Assembly: GCA_963693055.1 (NCBI GenBank)
Contig: OY843751.1
Location: 1,344,001 to 1,408,000 of the forward strand
Reading direction: 5' to 3'
Length of the DNA: 64,000 nucleotides
Source: a bacterium
GTDB lineage: Bacteria; Zhuqueibacterota; Zhuqueibacteria; Residuimicrobiales; Krinioviventaceae
Both the position numbers and the translations under genes were made by a program. Shown here in pieces: positions 42,008 to 51,926 of this stretch (the first letter of the stretch is position 1; every line of letters begins with the position of its first letter). The notes beneath the pieces are model-generated. The model worked only from the letters and a program-made list of their open reading frames with translations, searched no databases and was not told where the DNA came from.

Positions 42008-44053
42008 ATGCAACATTCTCTTTTTCGTTTCTTTCTTTTGGGTACTCTATTCTTTTCATTATCTCTTGTTGCTGGCCCGTCTCAATCGCGACCTTTTACA
42101 GTGCATGAACTTTTAGCCATGGAGCGTATTGGAGCCCCTCAGGCTTCACCTGATGGACAGCAAATCGTTTTTTCCATTCGTAAAACCAATCTTGAAAAAA
42201 ACAAAGGAGAATATGATCTCTATCTTGTGGATATAAACGGCAATTCTTTCAAAAGGCTGACGACCCATCCTTCTATTGATACCAGTCCCTGCTGGTCTAT
42301 GGATGGGCAATGGATTTATTTTCTCTCTGCGCGGTCTGAATTTATGCAGGTGTGGCGAATTAGGCCGGACGGGGGCGAAGCGGAAAGAGTAACAAGCCTT
42401 GACCTGGATATTAACGATTATACAGTCGTTCCTTCTGGCAAAGGTCTGCTCCTTTCCATTGATGTATTCCCCGGTAAATCCATTCAGGAAACAAGTGAGG
42501 TGCTGCAAGCGCATGAAAACAGTAAAGCCACCGGTAAACTTTATAATCAGGCACTGTTCCGTCATTGGGATGTGTGGGCAGATGGACGTTTTGCCCATTT
42601 GTTTTACCTTGATTTTGAAACAATGACACCTGTTGATCTGATGAGTGACATGCAGGCTAATGCTCCAACTAAACCCTGGGGGGGAATGGAAGAGATTGCA
42701 TTTACCCCTGATGAACAAAGTGTCATTTTTACCGCCAAAGATGTGGGTGACCAGTCCGCCTGGTCTACAAATTATGATTTGTTCAAGGTACCGCTCGATG
42801 GTACCCAGGCCCCGGAATGCCTGACTGCAACAAATAAAGCTTGGGATACCCAGCCGACGTTCTCCCCGGACGGAAAAACCCTGGCGTATCTCGCCATGGC
42901 CAGGCCTGGCTTTGAAGCAGACCAATACCATATTATGTTGCGGGATTGGCAAACCGGTACTGCCAGAGAACTTGGAAGTACCTGGGACCGTTCTCCATCT
43001 GCTATTTTCTGGAGTCCGGATGGTAAGATTCTATTTGCGGTTGCCGAAAATCTGGGACAGCTCGCCCTCTTTGCCATTGATGTAAAGTCAGAAAAAGTAA
43101 CTCCGGTGATTGAACAGGGAACCATTCGCTCTCCGGTATTTGCGGGCGAACGCATTGTATTTGGACTGGATCACTTAAAGTCTCCGGTTGAGCTCTATTC
43201 CATACGTCCTGATGGCAAGGACCGACAACAGATCACTCATGTAAATGACGAACTTGTAAAGCAGATTGCCTGGGGTGAACCAGAACAGTTTACTTTTAAG
43301 GGATGGAATAACGAGACAGTTTATGGCTATGTTGTTAAACCAGCAAATTTTGATCCTGCAAAAGAATATCCTGTGGCATTTTTAATTCACGGCGGACCGC
43401 AAGGGTCTTTTGGTAATGATTTTCACTATCGTTGGAATCCACAAGCCTATGCAGGGGCAGGGTACGCCGCTGTAATGATCGATTTTCATGGGTCTACAGG
43501 ATACGGACAGGCCTTTACCGATGCTATCCGTGAAAACTGGGGTAGCCGGCCTTTTGAGGATTTGCAAAAAGGACTTGCCGCAGCCCTGGTGAAATATCCG
43601 TGGCTAGATGGGGACAAGGTGGGCGCTCTTGGTGCATCCTATGGAGGCTATATGATCAACTGGATTGCGGGAAACTGGCCTGACCGGTTCAAGTGTTTGG
43701 TCAATCATGATGGTAATTTTGATATTCGTATGGCGTATTACGATACAGAAGAACTCTGGTTTCCCGAGTGGGAGCATGGTGGTACACCCTGGGAACGTTC
43801 TGAAGTTTATGAACTACATAATCCCGTAAATCATGTAGACAAATGGAAAACACCCATGCTCGTTGTTCATGGTGAACTGGATTATCGTGTTCCTGTCACC
43901 CAGGGTATTGGAGCGTTCAACGCTTTACAGCGCAAAGACATTCCCAGTCAGTTCCTCTGTTTCCCGGATGAAAACCACTGGGTGCTCAAACCTCACAACT
44001 CTATCTTGTGGCACAACACGGTGATTGGCTGGTTGGACAAGTGGCTAAAGTAG
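42008..44053 (+). CDS. S9 family serine peptidase (dipeptidyl-peptidase 5-like) with WD40/PD40 propeller
   Basis: IHGGPQG, catalytic GASYGG, D(YRV) and ENHW motifs; signal peptide. Confidence 0.92.
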   Translation: MQHSLFRFFLLGTLFFSLSLVAGPSQSRPFTVHELLAMERIGAPQASPDGQQIVFSIRKTNLEKNKGEYDLYLVDINGNSFKRLTTHPSIDTSPCWSMDGQWIYFLSARSEFMQVWRIRPDGGEAERVTSLDLDINDYTVVPSGKGLLLSIDVFPGKSIQETSEVLQAHENSKATGKLYNQALFRHWDVWADGRFAHLFYLDFETMTPVDLMSDMQANAPTKPWGGMEEIAFTPDEQSVIFTAKDVGDQSAWSTNYDLFKVPLDGTQAPECLTATNKAWDTQPTFSPDGKTLAYLAMARPGFEADQYHIMLRDWQTGTARELGSTWDRSPSAIFWSPDGKILFAVAENLGQLALFAIDVKSEKVTPVIEQGTIRSPVFAGERIVFGLDHLKSPVELYSIRPDGKDRQQITHVNDELVKQIAWGEPEQFTFKGWNNETVYGYVVKPANFDPAKEYPVAFLIHGGPQGSFGNDFHYRWNPQAYAGAGYAAVMIDFHGSTGYGQAFTDAIRENWGSRPFEDLQKGLAAALVKYPWLDGDKVGALGASYGGYMINWIAGNWPDRFKCLVNHDGNFDIRMAYYDTEELWFPEWEHGGTPWERSEVYELHNPVNHVDKWKTPMLVVHGELDYRVPVTQGIGAFNALQRKDIPSQFLCFPDENHWVLKPHNSILWHNTVIGWLDKWLK

Positions 44054-44098
44054 GTTGTAAATAATTGATTCACTGCCGGGGGCGTTAGTTAATAAAAT

Positions 44099-44127
44099 TT
44101 GCCAGGCACATTTCTAGTGCCTGGCAA
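44099..44127. terminator. Bidirectional terminator
   Basis: TTGCCAGGCAC/GTGCCTGGCAA stem between convergent genes. Confidence 0.7.
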
Positions 44128-44145
44128 TTGTAATTCAAACGTCTG

Positions 44146-46071
44146 TTATTTAATCATCATTACTTTTTGTATAGAGGAACAATTACCTGCCTGCAAACGC
44201 ACCAGGTAGGTACCGCTGGGTGCAGCTACCCCTGAATTGGTAGATCCATCCCATTCCACCTGATATTCAGCGGCGGATTGCTGCTGATTTACCAGTGTTT
44301 TAATTTCACATCCGAGTATATCATAAACGATCAGGGAAACATGACTGTCCGTTACCAGTTGATATTTCAATGTAGTAGACGGATTAAAGGGATTGGGATA
44401 AGCCGCAAACAATTGTGTGGTCATTGGAATTGATTGAACATCTATGGATGTTGTACCAATTTCTGTTTGAACTCCGTCTGTACTGACTTCCATCAGACGA
44501 TAGGTATAACTTGATCCACTGGTTACATTTGCATCGGTTATGCGGTAATGTGACAGGGAGGAGGTTGTGCCTTGTCCGGTCAGTTCAGAGTGGGTTTGGT
44601 AGGATGCGATCTGCTTATAATCGAAATTTTCTGTACTGCGTTCAATGATGAATCCCAGATTGTCTTTTTCGCAGGCAGTGGACCATGTCAATTCTATAGA
44701 GTCTTTATCGTATTTAGCGGTAAAGGATTGCAGCTTGACCGGTAATGCTGTGTCGCTGCCGTTTTGCCATCCCAGAAAGGGGTAACCGTCATTAATGGTC
44801 CCGGAAGGGTCAATGTCCCAAATATCCTGACTGCCATTGGTAATTTCAATACTAAAGTCCCAACCAGCATAGGTAAATGTGGAAAGCGTTTTCATTTTTT
44901 CTGTGGTTTTGGGGGAAGCAGAATTTGTATCGTTTTGTCCTGTGGTTTCAGAATCATAAAAATTTGCACTTGCTGATATAGTCGTAGCCAGGGTAATGCC
45001 ACCAGTAACGCTTCCGGTAACTGTACCCTTTGCGTAGCAATAGTGAATTTCGCTTTCCCCGTATACATTACAGGCCAGAGCGGTTATCCGGTATGTTCCG
45101 AATGTATTTCCTGTTGCATAACAATTGTTAATATCACAATTATCACAATAGCCAATCAATCCACCAATATCTGCATGGCCAGTAACCTTACCTGTTGCGA
45201 AACACTGATTGATATTCGTATCTTTTGTCCAGCCGATCAGTCCACCAAGATAGTCTTGACCACTGACCGCTCCTGTAGCAGAGCATCTGGTCACTTGGCC
45301 ATGATTCGTACCTATCAATCCACCTACATTATCAGTGGTGGCATTGACGCTGCCGGAAGCGTGGCAATCTGTGATTTGCCCGTAAAAACGTCCTGCCAGG
45401 CCGCCTATACTGGTGCCATTTTGCACATTCACACTGCTGCTACAGTTACTGATGATGGCATCTACATATACGCCACCAATTATTCCTCCGGCAAGTGCGT
45501 CAGAACAAGTAACAGTTCCGGATAAAGTACAACCGGATATAGTGGTGTTTTCATAAACAGAACCAACCAGACCTCCCACAAATCCATAAGCAGAGATATT
45601 TAAGCTTTCCATTTTAATATTATTTAATTCAGCGTTGGTAACATCCCCAAATAAACCGGCATAATTTGACTCGGGTCTGTTTATATACAGACCCGTGATG
45701 GTGAAACCTTGACCGTCATAGGTGCCTTCAAAAGGTGATAAAATAGTGCCAATGGGGCTAAAACCGGCGTATCCGCCGTCTCCATCGGGATTCAGGGTTG
45801 CGCTTGCAGAGGCGTCAATATTATCGGTTTGTGTAAAGTGACGTGACCAGATAGTTGATGTTGTGCTGATCCATATCAGATGGTCAAATTCAGAAATAAG
45901 ATACGGATCATAATATGCACCTGTGCCGGGCGGCTGCGTACCCGCAGCCAATAAAGGGCCTGTAAATGTCAGAGTAATGCAAAATATAGACAGATATTTT
46001 TTACTTTTGAAAAATATTCTGTGGTTTGTGATAAGAAAAGAGTTGATAAAATATGATAATAAAATTTTCAT
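44146..46071 (-). CDS. Secreted GLUG-repeat protein with Ig + T9SS-type CTD, paralog of 1-2333
   Basis: GFSPIG..F.G.YDGQG, VGGLIG repeats, INDGYPFL.WQ and YPNPFNP. Confidence 0.85.
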   Translation of the reverse strand: MKILLSYFINSFLITNHRIFFKSKKYLSIFCITLTFTGPLLAAGTQPPGTGAYYDPYLISEFDHLIWISTTSTIWSRHFTQTDNIDASASATLNPDGDGGYAGFSPIGTILSPFEGTYDGQGFTITGLYINRPESNYAGLFGDVTNAELNNIKMESLNISAYGFVGGLVGSVYENTTISGCTLSGTVTCSDALAGGIIGGVYVDAIISNCSSSVNVQNGTSIGGLAGRFYGQITDCHASGSVNATTDNVGGLIGTNHGQVTRCSATGAVSGQDYLGGLIGWTKDTNINQCFATGKVTGHADIGGLIGYCDNCDINNCYATGNTFGTYRITALACNVYGESEIHYCYAKGTVTGSVTGGITLATTISASANFYDSETTGQNDTNSASPKTTEKMKTLSTFTYAGWDFSIEITNGSQDIWDIDPSGTINDGYPFLGWQNGSDTALPVKLQSFTAKYDKDSIELTWSTACEKDNLGFIIERSTENFDYKQIASYQTHSELTGQGTTSSLSHYRITDANVTSGSSYTYRLMEVSTDGVQTEIGTTSIDVQSIPMTTQLFAAYPNPFNPSTTLKYQLVTDSHVSLIVYDILGCEIKTLVNQQQSAAEYQVEWDGSTNSGVAAPSGTYLVRLQAGNCSSIQKVMMIK

Positions 46072-46218
46072 ACAACATCTCCCTTTCGTTCAAAAGGTTG
46101 TCGGTTTGTTATCTATAGCAATATCAAACGTCGAAATTGCTGGAGATGTTTGGGATTATATTCATAAATTAATAATAATCCCCCATAAAGGCAACAATGT
46201 TTTTAGGGTTGTAGATGG

Positions 46219-46833
46219 GGGAATTTCGACGGATAGAAAAAATTCCCAGACACCGATGAGGTGCCTGGGAATAGTAATGTTCTATATGTGAAATAGGGAT
46301 GGTTTTTATGGAACCTGCGAATTTTTACCACTATTGGGTTTAACCACCAAATAGTCTGTAGCGTTAACACTGCCATTCATGTTACAGTCAGAGGGATTAT
46401 AACTCGCTGATCCGCTTTGGCCTTTGACAGTGAGATAGTCGGTCGCGTTTATAATACCGCTGTTATTCGCGTCTCCACTAAACATACCGTAAATGCCGGT
46501 TTCTAACTGTGCAGCGCTGCCGCCGTAATATTTGTCATAGGGTGTTGATTCATCCACGGTAAAATTATAGGTTGTCAGTGTACCGCTTAAACTCTGTGCT
46601 GTGGCGCTCATGATTGCCAAATGATTGCGGTGACGAATGACAATGTAATAGTCGCCCGGTGCCAGACCTGTGAGGGTGAGGTTGGTTACGGTACCATCGT
46701 CCTCAGCCAGATAGCCGTCGCTGCGCAGGATATAAGAGCGGCTGTACACAGCTTCACCATCTACAGTTGAGCGTAATTCCATACAAACCCAGTCGGTAAT
46801 GCCTTCGGGGATACTGCCGGCATTACGATTGTC
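46219..46833. repeat. ~615-bp near-identical direct repeat, copy 1 (copy 2 at 49699-50313)
   Basis: Offset 3480 bp. Covers the 3' end of the gene, its terminator and downstream DNA, with roughly a dozen mismatches by eye. Confidence 0.9.
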
Positions 46834-48411
46834 AGAATAGAAAGAGGTTGCGGGAATAATGCCTGCCAGATTTGTGCCCATATTGTGGGCGCCGCTATCA
46901 TAGGGGCCTTGCAGATAGACTTTGACGGCAAGCTGGGGCGTTCCTTCGTCAGTGGTAAACGATTTTACATTGCCATAAAAAGTGCCGTAACAATTGGAAC
47001 AAAAAGTGCGATGATAATAGGTGGTGTTGGGCGCAAGACTGGTCACTGTGCCTGAAAAAAAGCCAAATCCGCTGCCCATGGGTGCTTGTTCATCTGCCAG
47101 GGTAGGTGTTTTGTTGGTGGAGCTGTAACAAACACCCCGACGAAGTGTAGTGACTCCATTGTATTCATAGACATTGCCGCCAAACTCGGCAGTGGTGGCG
47201 GTAATGCTTTCCGCGTCGTACGAAGCGATGCAGTAAGGATCAATATAATATGTATCTGAGCTGCCTTTTTTAATACCCACAATGCCGTCGTCACTGCCCA
47301 CCAAGAGGTCAACTCTTCTATCGCCGTTCAGGTCGGTTTGGGCCAGAACAGATTTGTCGCCTACATCAATGTCATTCCAGTTTGTGGTTACTCTGGAAAA
47401 CGATAATGATGCAATACCGCTTTGCTGATAAAGCTGAATTTGACCGTCAACATTGCCAATAAAAAACTCATATCTAGAGTTATTATCATAATAACAAAAC
47501 ATGGGTGACGGCAGCTCGCCAACGTCAATGGAATTGAAATTATCGCTGACAAGCGTAAAAGTGGTAGATGTCCCGCTGTCTTGTTGGTAATGGTAAATGG
47601 CGCCGCCCAGGTTGCCCACCAGCAGATCGAGGCGGCCATTCCGATCGAGATCGGTAAAAGTAGGTTTAGAGTACCCACCCACATCAATACCGCTCAGGGC
47701 ACCGACAAGGGTAAACGACGCGGAGCGGTCGCTGTCTTGTTCAAAATGGCGCAGGGTACCGTCGTCGCGGCCCATGATCAGGTCAAGCAGGCCGTCATCA
47801 TCCAGGTCTGTAACCGTGGGGAAATTACAGGTGCCTACATCAATATTGTTAAAGTAAGATGTGATGAGATTGAATGAAAACGAGTTGATCTCAGATTGTT
47901 CATATCGCGATATTCTGCCGTTTTTATTGCCTACCAGCATGTCCAGCAGGCCATCTCCATCAATGTCGGTTATGGTGGGGGCGGCGTTTTCGCCCACGTT
48001 GATATTGGTCATGTCTGACGTTTCAAATTGTAGTGAATAACCATAGCTGCCCGTACCGGCGCGGTTGGTGGCGCTGACCCGCCAAAAATAGTAGGTACTG
48101 TTGGCGGGCAGATCAACAGCATAGTTTGTGTCTTCTATGCCGGTATATGTTCCCACAATGTCGGTAAATTGATAATCATTCGCGATCTGAACGTTATAAG
48201 TCAGGGCATGGTCTATGTTTTCCCAAAATAAATAGGCCCGGCAAGAGAGCAGCTCAAGATTGGGATATCTGGGACCGACCAGTTCAGGCGCCGGACTTGG
48301 CGCTCTGGATGTGAGGGATACCGCTCCTGATTCGCCATTTCCCGTTTGTGCAAATGTTGTGCTGGTAAAGGCCAAAACCCATACTACCAAAAGAACAAAT
48401 AATTTTTTCAT
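46306..48411 (-). CDS. Secreted FG-GAP/VCBS repeat + FN3 protein with C-terminal dockerin-like domain
   Basis: TDxDxDGLLDxLVG repeats; VKVYLQG..HRNHL; GDANNSGIINATDY..DCNMNGSVNATDY. Confidence 0.82.
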   Translation of the reverse strand: MKKLFVLLVVWVLAFTSTTFAQTGNGESGAVSLTSRAPSPAPELVGPRYPNLELLSCRAYLFWENIDHALTYNVQIANDYQFTDIVGTYTGIEDTNYAVDLPANSTYYFWRVSATNRAGTGSYGYSLQFETSDMTNINVGENAAPTITDIDGDGLLDMLVGNKNGRISRYEQSEINSFSFNLITSYFNNIDVGTCNFPTVTDLDDDGLLDLIMGRDDGTLRHFEQDSDRSASFTLVGALSGIDVGGYSKPTFTDLDRNGRLDLLVGNLGGAIYHYQQDSGTSTTFTLVSDNFNSIDVGELPSPMFCYYDNNSRYEFFIGNVDGQIQLYQQSGIASLSFSRVTTNWNDIDVGDKSVLAQTDLNGDRRVDLLVGSDDGIVGIKKGSSDTYYIDPYCIASYDAESITATTAEFGGNVYEYNGVTTLRRGVCYSSTNKTPTLADEQAPMGSGFGFFSGTVTSLAPNTTYYHRTFCSNCYGTFYGNVKSFTTDEGTPQLAVKVYLQGPYDSGAHNMGTNLAGIIPATSFYSDNRNAGSIPEGITDWVCMELRSTVDGEAVYSRSYILRSDGYLAEDDGTVTNLTLTGLAPGDYYIVIRHRNHLAIMSATAQSLSGTLTTYNFTVDESTPYDKYYGGSAAQLETGIYGMFSGDANNSGIINATDYLTVKGQSGSASYNPSDCNMNGSVNATDYLVVKPNSGKNSQVP

Positions 48412-48464
48412 GTTAACCCCTATTATAGTTGTTAATTAATAACATCTTTGTTTATGATCATTGG

Positions 48465-49415
48465 TTAATCTTTGACCAGGCGGATAGAAAATCCGTAAGT
48501 AAAACTTTGATTTGAGCGTGTAATCTCTGTATCGCCGTTGTATAATCCTCGCGTCCATGCGGCCTTTTGGGGATTCCCAGACAAAACATATTGAGTGGAT
48601 GACCAAAAATCAGTTGATGATCCCAATAGGGAGCTAATTTTATCGAATCGATAACCACCTGGAAGAGCGGTAAAACGGCTTTTGTTGGTAGCCCCGGTGT
48701 TTGGGCTGTCCCAATGGGTTGTTCCTGTTTCTTTAAGTTTCCCTCCGGCCATTGTACCCCCAAGTGTATTTTGTAATGTGTTCCATTCGTCATCCGTAGG
48801 AACATGCCAGCCGTTTGGAGCTATGCTTCTGCTATCATTTACTGCATACCAATTATATAAATAACCGTATGTTTCAATAAACGTTACAGCCGATGAATAG
48901 CCATAACGTGCACCAGTACTTATGTTCTTCCAAGATGTATTATAGTCAACTTTAGGTATTTCGTCACCATTTCTGTACTGTGTTTCTTTTAAATTCTCAG
49001 CCATCCACCACTGGTCGCCAATCTTGACGGTTTTGTACACCGTGCCGTCGTTGCCGGTCATGGTGCTGAAAAAATAGTAGAGTACACACACTTTGAACTG
49101 GCTGCCACTGGTATTGGGATTGTCCGCGTAAAAGTCCCACACAATGTGCTTGTCTGTGCCCGCTGTTATGTCCACACCAAGGTCGCCGGAAAGGCTGACG
49201 CATTTCAGGTCCCATGTTGCGCCGTTGTCGTTAGAGGCTTCGACTGCAATTTCAGTATTATACCCTTGGGGATTGCTGAAATCGTAATAGATGTCGACCA
49301 TGAAATTGCCGTCTGTGCGTTGTGCCACCCGTATGTTGGAAACCTGGGCGAACAGGCAGCCGGTCAGTGAAATCAACAATAAAGCAGTGAATAGTAATCT
49401 CATTGTTCTCCTCAT
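48465..49415 (-). CDS. Fib_succ_major (FISUMP) domain protein with N-terminal Ig-like domain
   Basis: YKTVKIGDQWWMAENL, YGYLYNWYAV, PNGWHVPT..EW and GFSIRLVKD motifs. Confidence 0.88.
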   Translation of the reverse strand: MRRTMRLLFTALLLISLTGCLFAQVSNIRVAQRTDGNFMVDIYYDFSNPQGYNTEIAVEASNDNGATWDLKCVSLSGDLGVDITAGTDKHIVWDFYADNPNTSGSQFKVCVLYYFFSTMTGNDGTVYKTVKIGDQWWMAENLKETQYRNGDEIPKVDYNTSWKNISTGARYGYSSAVTFIETYGYLYNWYAVNDSRSIAPNGWHVPTDDEWNTLQNTLGGTMAGGKLKETGTTHWDSPNTGATNKSRFTALPGGYRFDKISSLLGSSTDFWSSTQYVLSGNPQKAAWTRGLYNGDTEITRSNQSFTYGFSIRLVKD

Positions 49416-49620
49416 TCGTTATGTAAAAACCAATGCTTAACTCTAAATACCCGGGCATTGCTATTCCATACTTTTTGTAGGAAATGCTTGTTACGGTATC
49501 TGCATCTGCATATTTTTATTCCCTCAAAAAGAACAGGCACTGCTGTAGTATTCAGAACCTAATAAAATGTCAATGTTGGAAAAGTGTTAGATTGAATTTA
49601 AGCAATTTCGCAATACAGTA

Positions 49621-49659
49621 CCAAGCACACATGTCGCAAAAACCAGTACATATGTCGCA
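49621..49659 (-). promoter_or_regulatory. Direct-repeat operator, copy 2
   Basis: CCAAGCACACATGTCGCAAAAACCAGTACATATGTCGCA; TAAATT -10-like box 20 nt downstream (49595-49600). Confidence 0.75.
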
Positions 49660-49698
49660 TTTGAATCGATTTTTAATGCTTTGGGGGTTGGAGCTGGT

Positions 49699-50313
49699 GG
49701 GAATTTCGACGGATAGAAAAAATTCCCAGACACCGATGAGGTGCCTGGGAATAGTAATGTTCTATATGTGAAATAGGGATGGTTTTTATGGAACCTGCGA
49801 ATTTTTACCACTATTGGGTTTAACCACCAAATAGTCTGTAGCGTTAACACTGCCATTCATGTTACAGTCAGAGGGATTATAACTCGCTGATCCGCTTTGG
49901 CCTTTGACAGTGAGATAGTCGGTCGCGTTTATAATACCGCTGTTATTCGCGTCTCCACTAAACATACCGTAAATGCCGGTATCTAACTGTGCAGCGCTGC
50001 CGCCGTAATATTTGTCATAGGGTGTTGATTCATCCACGGTAAAATTATAGGTTGTCAGTGTACCGCTTAAACTCTGCGCTGTGGCGCTCATGATTGCTAA
50101 ATGGTTGCGGTGACGAATGACAATGTAATAGTCGCCCGGGGCCAAGCCAGTGAGGGTGAGGTTGGTTACTGAACCATCGTCCTCAGCCAGATAGCCGTCG
50201 CTGCGCAGGAGATAAGAGCGGCTGTACACAGCTTCACCATCTACAGTTGAGCGTAATTCCATACAAACCCAGTCGGTAATGCCTTCGGGGATACTGCCGG
50301 CATTACGATTGTC
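49699..50313. repeat. ~615-bp near-identical direct repeat, copy 2
   Basis: Matches 46219-46833. Confidence 0.9.
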
Positions 50314-51873
50314 GGCATGGGGAGAAGTTGCTGGTATTTTACCGGCCAAATTCATACGCATGGCGTGCGCGGCGGTATTATATGTGCCTTGCAGAAAGAC
50401 TTTGACGGCAAGTCGGGGGTCGCCTTCATCGGTGGTAAATGATCTTGTTGTTCCATAAAAGGTGCCGTAACAATTGGACCCAAACGTACGGTAATAATAG
50501 GTAGTATTGGGAGCAAGCCCGGTCACAATGTCTGAAAAACTTCCTGACGAACTGCCCATTGAGACCATGTTGTCTGTCATGACGGGCGGATTGGTGGTAC
50601 TGTAAATGACACCGCGTCGCTGCACCGGTACGCCATTATGATTAGAAAAACGACCACCCAGTTCAGCGGATGATTCGGTTATGTTTTCCGCCGCGTCCGT
50701 TGACATGGAAACATCAATACGATAAGTATCTCCTTTTTTAATACCAACAATGCCATCACCACCACCGACCAACAGGTCAACGCGTTTATTACCGTCCAGA
50801 TCGGTTTGAGCCAGTATTGATCTTTCGCCAACATCAATGTCATTCCAATCCGTGGTTGCACTGGAAAACGATAATGATGCAATACCGCTTTGCTGATAAA
50901 GCTGGATTTTACCGTTTTCAGCACCTATAAAAAGCTCTAAATTATTTCCCGCATCGTAATAACAAAACATGGGTGAAGAGTCACCGCTGACATCAATAGA
51001 ATTGAAATTATCACTAACCAAGGTAAAGGACAATGAATACTTGGCGTCCTGTTCGTAATGACGAATGGTGCCCTCCAAGGTGCCCACCAGCAGGTCAAAG
51101 TAGCCATCCAAATCCAGGTCAGTAAAAGTGGGTTTAGACCAAGAGCCCGCATCGATGCCGCTCAAAGCGCCAATATAGGTAAAGGATGCTGAACGCTCGC
51201 TGTCTTGTTCATAATGTTGCAGGGTGCCGTCGCCGCGGCCTATGAGCAGGTCAAGCAAGCCGTCGCCATCCAGATCAGCAACTGTGGGGGAACTACCAAC
51301 ACCGACATCAATATCGCTAAAATTTGACGTAATGAGGTTTAATGAAAACGAGTTGACAGCCGTTTGTTCATAACGGGTCAGTGTACCGTCATGATTGCCC
51401 ACCAGCATATCTAACAGACCGTCGGCGTCAATATCGGTCATGGTTGGGGCGGCGTAACTGCCCACGTTGATGCTGGTCATATCTGATGTTTCAAATTGCA
51501 GTATATAACTATATTGGCCTGTGCCGGCGCGGTTGGTGGCACTGACCCGCCAGTGATAGGTGGTACTGTTGGCGGGCAGATCGGCAGCATACTCTGTTTC
51601 TGTTATGCCGGTATATGTTCCTATTATATTGTCAAATTCCCAATCAGTTGCGATTTCTAAGTTATAGGTTTGGACATGGTCCATGTTTTCCCAAAATAGA
51701 TAGGCCCGGCAAGATAGCAGGTCTGTATTGGGGTATCTGGGACCGACCAACTCTGGCGAACCGGGAGGCATGGAAGTCAGAGACACTGTAGAAGATTCGA
51801 CGCTACCATTAGCTGTTAAACCGCATACGGCAAATAACAAAAGCATTAAAATTATCATGTTTAAATTTTTCAT
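49786..51873 (-). CDS. Secreted FG-GAP/VCBS repeat + FN3 protein with dockerin-like C-terminus, paralog of 46306-48411
   Basis: Same architecture as its paralog; start reassigned to MKNLNM (AAAGGA RBS, signal peptide). Confidence 0.82.
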   Translation of the reverse strand: MKNLNMIILMLLLFAVCGLTANGSVESSTVSLTSMPPGSPELVGPRYPNTDLLSCRAYLFWENMDHVQTYNLEIATDWEFDNIIGTYTGITETEYAADLPANSTTYHWRVSATNRAGTGQYSYILQFETSDMTSINVGSYAAPTMTDIDADGLLDMLVGNHDGTLTRYEQTAVNSFSLNLITSNFSDIDVGVGSSPTVADLDGDGLLDLLIGRGDGTLQHYEQDSERSASFTYIGALSGIDAGSWSKPTFTDLDLDGYFDLLVGTLEGTIRHYEQDAKYSLSFTLVSDNFNSIDVSGDSSPMFCYYDAGNNLELFIGAENGKIQLYQQSGIASLSFSSATTDWNDIDVGERSILAQTDLDGNKRVDLLVGGGDGIVGIKKGDTYRIDVSMSTDAAENITESSAELGGRFSNHNGVPVQRRGVIYSTTNPPVMTDNMVSMGSSSGSFSDIVTGLAPNTTYYYRTFGSNCYGTFYGTTRSFTTDEGDPRLAVKVFLQGTYNTAAHAMRMNLAGKIPATSPHADNRNAGSIPEGITDWVCMELRSTVDGEAVYSRSYLLRSDGYLAEDDGSVTNLTLTGLAPGDYYIVIRHRNHLAIMSATAQSLSGTLTTYNFTVDESTPYDKYYGGSAAQLDTGIYGMFSGDANNSGIINATDYLTVKGQSGSASYNPSDCNMNGSVNATDYLVVKPNSGKNSQVP

Positions 51874-51926
51874 ACTATCCTTTCTACTTGATTTATACAG
51901 GTCTTCAGGAAACCCTTTTTGTAAAA

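Noticed and set aside
42146-42952. 268-aa antisense ORF inside the S9 peptidase gene
   Set aside because: Fully overlaps a well-supported gene on the other strand; no RBS or domain signal.
45923-49771. Two small + strand ORFs with the same C-terminus (...ISTDRKNSQTPMRCLGIVMFYM)
   Set aside because: By-product of the 615-bp direct repeat read through a terminator hairpin.
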